Source: Paragordius varius
Lineage: Eukaryota; Animalia; Nematomorpha
Assembly: GCA_964247055.1 (NCBI GenBank)
Contig: OZ176057.1
Location: 496,001 to 560,000 of the forward strand
Direction: 5' to 3'
DNA: 64,000 nt
Made by a program: the position numbers and the translations under genes. Shown here one piece after another: positions 22,796 through 34,351 of this stretch. A model generated the notes under the pieces. It was not told where the DNA came from. It made no database searches and was given only the letters and a program-made list of their open reading frames with translations. Position 1 is the first letter of the stretch; the number at the start of each line of letters is the position of its first letter.

Positions 22796-25700
22796 CTATT
22801 CCACAATCTTTAGGATTTTACCAATGGCTATGGTTTTACCTATGTTGCAAAAAGAGTTAAGGAAATTTTAATAAATTCAATGAAAACCGTCAAGAAAAAC
22901 AGCTTAAATGCCATAATATGTGTTTGCACTAGAATATACAGTAAAAATTAATCAATAATATACGGAGACAAAACGTTAAGATATAACGACAAAAATGTTG
23001 TTTTTCCCAAAAGACAACATAATACTTTTTTAAACCTCAATAAATCATTTAATTACAATGGTTAAATATATAATTGATTGTATTACCAACTAACATCTCT
23101 ATTATATACTTTGCAGTTTAAAACAATCGTATATTGAAAACTGATTTAAAAGTATGGTTGTTTTTTAAAAAATTTGTGTTTAATTTTTTGGTTTGGTCCG
23201 TATAATTTAAATTTTTACTATATGGGTGAATTCTAAAATTAACAGTAAAAATTTTTTAAACTCCAAAAAATAGTAGTATAAAGTAACCCTTATATCTAAA
23301 AGATATTAAACCTATAAAAGTTTCAAACAAATGACTTCCACCTCCTTATACTTTTTAATATACCTAAAAAACTTTTATATTATTTGACTTGGCAGATACG
23401 CTAATTTTAAAGGTTTCTCATTTAATAAAAACTTCAGAAAACCAACTAAAATCCATAAATAAGATCTAAAAACTATAGGGGTTAAAAAAAACTTCGCTTT
23501 AATCTATTCAACTCATTTGTGGAAAATCTTTGAAACAACTTTCAAAATCAAAAAAATCGAAAAAATTTAAAAAAAAAAATATCCCAATATTTCAGAAAAT
23601 CATAAAAAATCCCAATAACGCTTAAAATCTTCCACCGCTTATAGTTACAGACGCGTGGAAATTTTTTTTAGTTTTTCCGTATCCCAGCCAAATTGTAAAA
23701 TAAAATAAATCCTTGAAAACCTCAACTGGTAAAAGTTAAAAAAGAACCGAAAAGTTAAAGAAAATTCCTAAAAAATCCATAATTTTAGTTAAAAAAAACA
23801 TTTTTTTTTACCTTCATCTTTTAGCGTTATTCCTCCAATTTGTGGGAAATTCTTAAAAGTAACAAATTTAAATTACGACCAAAAAATATCGAAAAAAAAG
23901 TTTTATAACTAACAAAACATATAAAAACCTGTAAAAAATTCTACAATCTGTTTTATAGTTCAAAAAACTTAAATATCGAAAAAAATTAATATTTATGTTT
24001 TAACGTTCTAGCCCAGTAATTTCCATCCCGTTTTAGTTCACGACCTGCCAAATTGAAAATAAAATTTTTGCGCACCCCTTCTCAAAAAAAATCCAAGATA
24101 AAAATTTAAATATATTATAAAAATAATTCCCAAATATGTGCATTTTTTAAAATATTTTTTCCATATCGGTGACAAATGATAATTCCCAACTAAAATCATT
24201 GAATTTGTTTCTAGTTTAATTTTTTAATTAAATTATCCAATTTTTGACCCCCTTTTGATAACAACTGTTGCAGCCTAACCATCGTAGGCAAAAAATATCC
24301 CAAATGTCTAAAAACAAAGAAATATGTTCTAGAAACACCCTTAAACGTAAACATAGTTTTAGTTTAAAAAGCTTAAAAAACTTGATTTCTGACATTCATT
24401 CTCCCGTTCATGAAAATTTTCGAAAAATGTTTATGCAGAAAAAAGCCGCTAAAAATTTCTGAAGTTTAAAAGTGCAAAAAAACGCCGCTAAAAACTTCTG
24501 AAATAGGTTTAAAAAGTTCCAAAAAAACCACCAAAAATGTAGGGAAAAAAACCTTACCTTCATCTCTAAGCGTGATCTAGCCATCTCAGAACAAAAATCC
24601 AAAAAGTCTAAAAACAGCAAAAAATGTTCCAGAAAACCATAATTTTAGCTAAAAAACTTTTTAAAAAAGTTCATTTCTCACATTTATTCTCCATTCTTTA
24701 AAAAGGCTAATGCAAAAAAGCTAAAAACATCTAAAATAAGTTTAAAAAGGTCCTTAAAAATTGAATAAAACCTACAAAAAAGGAAAAAAAACCTTCATCT
24801 CTCAGCGTGATTCGACCCGTACGGGGGAAATCTTTGAAAGATTACAAACAATTTTAAATGACGACCAAAAAACTTTTAAAAAAGTTTTATAAAAAATTCA
24901 TCTTTTAACGATCTAAGCCTAACCATCGCAGAACAAAAAATATCCAATGAGTCCAAAAACAAAGAAATGTGTTCTCGAAAAACCCTTAAACGTAAAACCA
25001 TAAATTTAGTTTAAAAAGTTTCGTAAAAAACTTCTCTCACATTCATTCTCCCGTTCATGAAAATTTTCGAAAAATGTTTATGCAAAAAAAGCCGCTAAAA
25101 ATTTCTAAACTAAGTTAAAAAAGTGCAAAAAAACGCCGCTAAAACATTTTAAAATAAGTTTAAAAAGTTTTCCTTAAAAACCACCAAAAATGTATGAAAA
25201 AAAACTTACTTTCATCTATAAGCGTGATTCGACCCATACGGGGGAAATCTTTAAAAATTTCTAAGCAAATTTAAATTAGGACCAAAAAATCTTTGAAAAA
25301 AAGTATTATAAAAATTCATCTTTTATAACGTTTGAGTCTAACCGTCGCAGAACAAAATTTTAAAAAGTCAAAAACAACAAAAATTGTTTAGAAAAACCTT
25401 TCCACTTAACAACGATAGTTTTAGTTTAAAAAGCTTCTTAAAAAACTTCATTTTTCAAATTTATTCTCTCGTTCATGAAAATTTTCGAAATATGTTTATG
25501 CAAAAACAGACACAGCTAAAAACTTCTGAAAAAAGTTTAAAAGTGCAAAAAAAAGCTAAAAACTTCTGAAGTAGTTTAAAAAGTTCCTTAAAAATTGAAG
25601 AAAACTTATAACTTACCTTCATCTCTAAGCGTGATTCGACCCATACGGGGGAAATCTTTGAAAGTTTCCAAGCAAATAGCTCCCCCCAAACTAACGAGCC

Positions 25701-28700
25701 GAACTATTGCAGATTGATCTTGTTTCAGGAATCGAGGTTTAACCGTACTCTTCGCCCCTGTTTTTCGATCCAACAAACATATTAGCGTCTACATAATTAT
25801 AAAATAATTTTTTTTATTTTATATTAGTAATTTATATACTGTTTGTATATTAAAAAGTGCATTTTTTTGGTTTATATTGTAATAAAACTTTAAGTTGAAA
25901 AAAATTATTTTTTATGTAAAAAATTGTAAAAGTAAAACTCCTTAAAGATAAAACTTAACATTCCACATAAAAAAATTTATTTAAAATTTAAAAGTTTTTT
26001 TGTGTGTAAAGATATTAAAAAAAAGTTTTTATAACTTTACATATATTTTTTATATAATATTACCTCCTAGAATTATGTATATTACTATAAAAGTTAATAA
26101 TAAAAAATAATATTTAAAATATCTTATTTCGAAATCCTATTATTGAAAAAAATTCTTTTGATTAAAAATTAACCATTAAATATGTTTATTTTCTTACTTT
26201 AACAGTAACTTCCTCAATAAGTGTGTGGACATGCAATATAGCACTAAAACCAGGACTTATAATACTTTTCAATTCAAGTATTATAATCTATTAAAATAAA
26301 ATATTTCGTAAAAAATATTATTTATTAAAAAATAAATTTATATTAATACATAATTTATTTATAATTTCTCTAATTAAATAAAAATTTAATTTTTATAAAT
26401 TGCGTAATCAGGACTTAATACTTTTTAATTTAAGTATAATCTAATAAAATAAAAAAAATATATAAAAAATAATTTAATTAAAACAAAATTTATAATTCTT
26501 CCAATTAAATAAAATAAAATTCAATCTAATTTTTATATAAAATCGCATAAACCAGAATTTATAATACTTTTCAATTCAAGTATTATAAAATAAATAAAAT
26601 ATTTCATAAAAAATATTATTTAATAAAAAAAATATTATTAAATAAAAAAATAATTTAATTAAGAGATAATTTAAAATTCCTCCAATTAAATAAAAAAAAA
26701 TCAATTTAATTTTTATAAAAAATTGCATAAACCAGAACTTATAATACTTTTTAATTCAAATATTATAATCTAATAAAATAAAAAAATATATAAAAAAAAT
26801 ATTATTTAATAAAAAAATATGTATTAACACATAATTTATGATTCCTCCAATTAAATAAAGATAAAATCAATTTAATTTTTATAAAAAAATGCATAAACCA
26901 GAACTTATAATACTTTTTAATTCAGGTAAAATAATCTAACGAAAAATAAAATCAATTTAATTTTTAAATAATACTTTCCAATTCAAGTATATAATCTAAT
27001 CATAAAATATTTTATAAAAAATATTATTTACAAAAAAATTATAAGCTATATATGGGAAATTTTGAAAAAATAAAGGATTTAAAAAAATTTACTAATTTTA
27101 TATATAAAGTTTAAGTATAAAAGTGCAACAGATATGCTTAATTAAAATAATTTGATATAAAAATAATTCCAATTAATTATTACTTTAAATATATATTGCG
27201 CTAAAATTATTTTTTTAAAAAACATAAAAAGTAAAAATCTTAAAATTTCATTTAAAAGTTGCGAAAAAAAACTAAAATAAAAGTGTTATTAATAATTTCT
27301 GTAATACAAGAATTATAAACAAATAATATTTTAACCAAAAAATAATTTTTTAAAAAAAATAATTTTTGTTTTATTTATAAATTTTTTTTACTTGACAATC
27401 AAAAATTCGACCAACTTTACAGGGTCTAAGAGTGTCACATAAAACAAATCCTGGTCTAACATCCTAAAAAATATAAATATATTATAGATTAAATTTAATG
27501 AAAAAAAACTAAAAATACATACATACATATATATATATTATATTTACCATTTACAATTTAAATTCACCCTTGAACAATTCTAATTCACTTCTTGAACAAT
27601 TCAAATTTACCCTTAAACAATTCAACTTTACCCTAAAATTATGTGTTTTCGAACTAATAAAACTCATTATTAATATAAAATATAACTTTATGGCATAGTT
27701 TATTGTTATTTCAGTAATATTTTAATTTAAAACAAAATTTTATTTGATAAAAATATATTTAATATCCATACAATTATTCTATAGGATAAATAATCATAAA
27801 TGATATATTTAAATATTTAAAAACAAAAATATCTATAAATATATATATATAATTTTTTGGCAAAAAAATAATTTATTTTTTTGATATATCTGCAAATAAT
27901 TTTAATGACATTTTTTTAATTTTTTAAAATATATACCATTATATGCTGTAGTATTTTATAAAAAAATGATAATAAATTTTTTTACAAGGCTAAAGATTAA
28001 TTATTTACTTTTTTAATAAAATTAGGGAATGAATAAAATGAATAAACTTTCTACGATATATCTTATTCTAGGAACCTTTTTTATGTTTTTTATTATAAAA
28101 AAGTAAAAATAAATTTTATTAGAAAATATAATTTATAAAGAAAAATCAATTTAAAAGTAAAAACCTTTTCCTCAACGCCCTTAAGTTTTAGTAGAATTTT
28201 TTAAAAAGCAAGAATCTTTTTTATAAATTATTTTTTTTCATTATGATAAAAAATATTTAGTGTTTTAATAATAATCTATTTTAATAATTAATTTATTAAT
28301 TTTTTAAAGAAAATAAATTTAAAAGGTAAAAACTTCTTCCTAAACACCCTTAAGTTTTAGTAGAATTTTTTAAAAAAAGCAAATATCTTTTTTTATTAAT
28401 TTCCATGAAAAATAAATTTAAAAGTAAACTATTTTAATAAAAATTAATTTAATTTCTAAAAAAACTAATATAAAAAATTTAAAAACCTCTTCCTCAACAC
28501 CCTTAAGTTTAAGCTTGATATTATCTCCACTCCTGGCTTGCCTTATTTCATCGTCATCAGCCCACATTTGTAAAACCTCAACATAATTCTAAAATATGAA
28601 AAAAAATTAATATAATAAAAACTAAGATTTAACATATTTATTTTATAAAAAAGCTAAAAAAATACAGTTTTTTGAAAAAAAAAACGAAAAAAATTAAGTT

Positions 28701-28960
28701 ATATTTCATTGACATCGGCCCACATTTGTAAAACTTCAACATAATTCTAAATATAAAAATTTAATATTAAAAACTAAAAATTAATTATAATTTTTGAAAA
28801 ATTCAAAAATTTATGTAAAAAATTCAAATTTTTTGAAAAAAAACGAAAAAATTAAGTTATATTTTATTGTCATCTGCCCACATTTGTAAAACTTCAACAT
28901 AATTCTAAAATATGAAAAATATTTAATATAAAAAACTAATTAATTAATTTTATAAAGTTT

Positions 28961-28998
<38 letters not shown>

Positions 28999-31900
28999 GA
29001 ACGGACAAAATGTAAAAATATAAAGACATACTTTGTTTTCAAACCTTAAAACCTCAAAATACATAATTGAATGTGATATTTAAATTTACATATCTAATGC
29101 TTTGTAATATGAAACATTCTCGGTATATATATATATTGAAAAAAAAAATCATTCAAAAAATATGAAAAAGTAGATAGAAAAAAATATTTGTCTTTATATT
29201 TTTACGTTTTGTCTTTCCTATAATTTCAATTTTTATAGAATATACCATTTACAATTCAAATTAACCTTCGAACTATTCAAATCATCCTAATAATTATGTG
29301 TTTTTTAAGAATAAAAATTATCTTTATTTTATAATATTTATAAAATATGAAATTCTGTTAAAAATTAATATAATGCTGAAAAAATAATAAACTATGTCGT
29401 AAAAATATATTTCATATTAATAATGAGTTATAATATCCTGAAAACACAATTTATATTTAGGGTGAATTTAAATTGTTCAAGGGTAAATTTAAATTGTAAA
29501 TATTATATCAAAAGTGTTGCTGATAGTATTTGTGTAACCTAATAAAAACAATTACAAATATTTTTATTTTTACAATAAAAATTTTTAAAAAAATCTGTTT
29601 TTAAATCAAATAAAAAATATATTTAAAATAATTAATAAAAATACTTTATTAGGCATAAGTAATAGGGTTTGCCCTTTTCTAAGATATCCGGATTCAATTT
29701 TTCCCATAACTAATGTACCCATATCCTATCAAAAATAAAATAAAAATTAATTAACAATAAAAAATATAAAAAAATTTTCTTTATAATTATATATATATAG
29801 TGTAAAAATTGAGATTATATAGCGACAAAACTATATATATATATTATGTCATTTACAGTTCAAATTCACTCTTGAACAATTCAAATTCACCCTAAAAATA
29901 AATTATGTGTTTTACAACTAATATAACTCATTATTTATATAAAACATATCTTTATGGCATACTTAATTATTTTTTCAATATTATATTAATTTTAAACATA
30001 ATATATTTTTAAAAATGTATAAAAATATAGGTAATTTTTAATCCTAAAAAACATAAAATTTATTTTAGGGTGAATCAAAATTGTTCGATGGTGATTTTGA
30101 ATTGTTTAAGGGTAAATTTTAACTGTAAATGGTATATTTTAAAAAACAACCAATTATACTTTTTAAAACCTTAATATTTTAAATATAATTCATTATTTTA
30201 ATGGCAAAAAAATATGCATATTTATAATACAATTAACTATATATTCAACAATTGAAATTAAATGAATAATATCTAAAAAATTAATGTTTTAAATAATTAT
30301 TTGTCTTTGTATTTTTACGTCTTTTGAAAAAAATATTTGTGTCGCCGTATTTCAATTTTTACTGAATCAAACAAATATTTAACTATGTTTTAAAATACTT
30401 TAAAAGTTTAAAAATAAAAAAGGTCTTAAAAAAGAATTTAAATTTCAAATTTTAATCAAAATAAAAAAAAATTTAAATATAAAACCCTATATCTATCTAT
30501 AATAGGTATTCGCAGGGGTCCTTCATTTTGTCTTTCTATAGCGGGAAAAGATTCCAGGTAATCCAGGAAAGATGGACCACTAAAGGAATATATCATCAAA
30601 AAAAAGTGTTGTATTGAATTTTTTTATGTTAAAATTAAAAATATTTATGAAAATATATAAAATATTAAACAACTTAATTTTTTTAAAATTATTATATATA
30701 TTAAAACAAGTCGTTTGACATTATTTAAATAAAAATATAAACATTCCTTTAATAAAAATAACTATAATTTTAGACAAACTTATTTTTTAATATATAAAAA
30801 TCAATCGTGGAAAAAAACAATGTAAAAAATCCATTTTCACGAATATTACTCAAAAAGTAAAAATTATAAATAAAACAATACTTAAACTTCTATTTCAAGC
30901 TTTCAACCAATTTGATTCAAAAAAATGTATTTTTTTAATTCAAAAAAAACTAAATAATGTTTATTCAAAAAAATGTATAATTATTATACATCAAAAAAAC
31001 CCAAAAAATGTGGAAAATATGAAAAGAATTTTGTTTCAGATATCTTACCTGTACCAAGCAAGTGCTGGACATTCAGTTTGAGAAGAGGGGACCCTTTTAA
31101 GAAACGTGCCTTGTAAGCCCGAAACTGGCATAAAATAAACGTCGGTTTTGGGATTAAAACCAACTTTGCGTAAGAATGGGATCAATTTTTCCTTGCATTC
31201 ATTATATCTGAATGCAAAAAAAATATAATAGTCTTTAAAATAATTCAAAATAATCTAATCTATAAAAATTGATAATATTTTTATAGATAACAATTTTAAA
31301 TGTCCCAAATTTGATTGGGATAAGCCATTTTTACCTTATAAATTACAAAAAAAGCAATCAATCATGGTACCTAATATCATCAAAACAATTTACAGTGAGT
31401 ACACCCATAAAATTTGAAAAAAAAACTAACTTTTTGGTACAAAAAAACACTTGGAAAATCTTTTCAAATCCAAACTTAAAACTTTTTAAATATTGCGATT
31501 TAAAATCCAAAAAAAAACCAACTTTAAACAGTGGAAAAAACAATGTTAAATACCTATTGACGTCCCAATTAACAGTCGGGTCATCCATTTTATTGATAAG
31601 TATAATAAGGTGTCGAACTCCAATAGTTTTAGCCAACATGGCGTGTTCTTGCGTTTGTCCACCGCGTTCAAAACCTGTCTCAAATTCACCTTTACGCGCT
31701 GAAATAACCTAGGAAAAATATTGGTGAGTTTATTAAGCAAGTAAAAATAGTAAGATTGACCTTAACTGGTTGAAAAAAACCTTTAAAAATTAGTCCTTTA
31801 CGCGCTAAAATAACTTAATGAGTGAATTAATAAGTAAAAATGGTTAGATTGACCTTAACTGGTTGAGTAAAACCTTTAAAAACTACTACTCTTCAATTCA

Positions 31901-34296
31901 AATTCCTCTTTACGCGCAGAAATAACCTAGGAAGCGGGAAAGGAGTAAAAAGATTGGTGAATGTTTATTAAGTAAGTAAAAATGGTTAGATTGACCTTAA
32001 TTGGTTAAAAAAATCTTTAAAAACTACTTTTTAATTTAAATTCCCCTTTACGCGCTGAAATTATATAGAAAACTAAAAGAGTAAAAAGATTGTTAAGTGT
32101 TTCAATATATATAATAGCAAAAAATGTTAAGGTTGACCTTAATTGGTAAAAAAATACTTTAAAATTAGTTTTTAATTCAAATTCACCTTTACGCGCTGAA
32201 ATAACCTAGAATGCAAGAAAAGAGTAAAAATATTGGTGAGTTTATTAAGCAAGTAAAAATAGTAAGATTGACCTTAACTGGTTGAAAAAAAACCTTTAAA
32301 AATTAGTCCTTTACGCGCTGAAATAACTTAATGAGTGTATTAAACAAGCAAAAATGGTAAGATTGACCTTAACTGGTAAAAACACCCTTTAAAGATTAGT
32401 CTTTAATTCAAATTCACCTTTACGCGCTGAAATAACCTAGAACACAAGAGGGAATAAAAAGATTGGTGAGTCTTTTAAGTAATTAAAAAATGGTAAGATT
32501 GACCTTAATTGGTAAAAAAACCTTTCAAAAATTGGTCTAATTCACTTTTAAGCGCTGAAATAACCTAGGATGCAAGAGGAATAAAAATATTGGTGAGTTC
32601 ATTAAATAAGTTAAAATGGTAAGATTGACCTTGATTGGTTAAAAAAGTAAGATTGACCTTGATTGGTTAAAAAAGCTTTATAATCTTTAATTAAATTCAC
32701 CTTTACGCTCTGAAATAACCTAGAATGCAAGAAAGGAGTAAGAATATTGGTGAATGTTTATTAAACAAGTAAAAATAGTAAGATTGACCTTAACTGGTTG
32801 AAAAAAAACCTTTAAAAATTAGTCCTTTACGCGCTGAAATAACTTAATGAGTGTATTAAACAAGCAAAAATGGTAAGATTGACCTTAACTGGTAAAAACA
32901 CCCTTTAAAGATTAGTCTTTAATTCAAATTCACCTTTACGCGCTGAAATAACCTAGAACACAAGAGGGAATAAAAAGATTGGTGAGTCTTTTAAGTAATT
33001 AAAAAATGGTAAGATTGACCTTAATTGGTAAAAAAACCTTTCAAAAATTGGTCTAATTCACTTTTAAGCGCTGAAATAACCTAGGATGCAAGAGGAATAA
33101 AAATATTGGTGAGTTCATTAAATAAGTTAAAATGGTAAGATTGACCTTGATTGGTTAAAAAAGTAAGATTGACCTTGATTGGTTAAAAAAGCTTTATAAT
33201 CTTTAATTAAATTCACCTTTACGCTCTGAAATAACCTAGAATGCAAGAAAGGAGTAAGAATATTGGTGAATGTTTATTAAACAAGTAAAAATGGTAAGAT
33301 TGACCTTAATTGGTAATAAAAACCTAATATTAGTCTTTAATTAAATTCACTTTTACGCGTTAAAATTAAATATAGGACACGAAAGCAGTAAAAAGATTGG
33401 TGAGTTTATTAAACAAGTAAATGGTAAGATTGACCTTAATTGGTTAGATAAAACCTTTAAAAATTAGTCCTTTACGCGCTGAAATAACCTAGAACACAAG
33501 AGGGAGTAAAAAGATTGGTGAGTTTATTAAATAAGTAAAAATGGTAAGATTGAATTTAATTAGTAAAAAAACCCTTTAAAAATTAGTTTTTAAACAAATT
33601 TGCCTTTACGCGCTGAAATTATATATATTAGACGAAAGGAGTCAAAAGATTGGTAATTGTAGAATAATCACAAAAAATCTAAAAAAAAAATTGAGAAATT
33701 TGTGATTAAAGTATTTAAAAATGCAAAAAACGTTTTAAAAAGAAGATTGTTACAGAGACGTCTCAAATAAGTGTGCGAGGGTGTAAAATATATTGGTGAG
33801 TATAGTAAAAAAATATAGGAAAAAGCCCCAAAAACGATAAAAATAGTGATTTGCGCTAAAAATTGACCATTAAAACTAGCGCGCGTTCAAAACCTATCGT
33901 CCATATTATACAGATAAGCATTCAACTTCAAGTCAAAGGGTGTATTGATAATGGATTTTATTAGAGTTTTCGATAAAATTAGAGCAAATTAAAAGGCTTA
34001 GTCATATGCAAAATCGGTAAAAATGATACAAATCAAATAAGAACTAAAACCAACCCGTACAATTTTCAGGATATGGAATAACCTAGGTCAGGAGGGGAAA
34101 AATAGTGAAAATTTAAATATCTACAAGATAGTTATAAGGTAAGTTAACGATACATAAAAGGAGTAAAAATTAAGCGAAATATTGGAATCAATGCCATAGA
34201 TATTGCACCATCGAAAAGCGGTCATAAATTGACTTTTAAGGGTGTTATATGAACCTAGATTTGATAAAGAGAAAAAAAGTTGGCAAAATTTTTGGA

Positions 34297-34351
<55 letters not shown>

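Noticed and set aside
22648-22871. Two plus-strand ORFs overlapping the eRF3 3' end
   Set aside because: They are antisense to the last exon and UTR with no protein-like features, and are best explained by local composition.
24268-25569. Short ORFs (61-70 aa) in eRF3 intron 15
   Set aside because: They fall within the tandem array units and are Lys/Phe-biased.
31709-33640. CRISPR-like repeat/spacer appearance, or an array of plus-strand micro-exons (CTAG...TTG|GTGAGT)
   Set aside because: The spacers are mutually homologous, there are no cas genes and the context is eukaryotic. The apparent micro-exons vary from 11 to 26 nt without frame conservation, and GTGAG is simply the reverse complement of the sense-strand branch-point motif CTCAC.
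33650-34280. Unique GC-richer island in the middle of eRF3 intron 7 (nested gene or snoRNA candidate)
   Set aside because: It contains relics of the neighbouring repeat (ATAACCTAGG, AAGGAGTAAAAA), and no ORF or clear box C/D or H/ACA pattern could be supported by eye.
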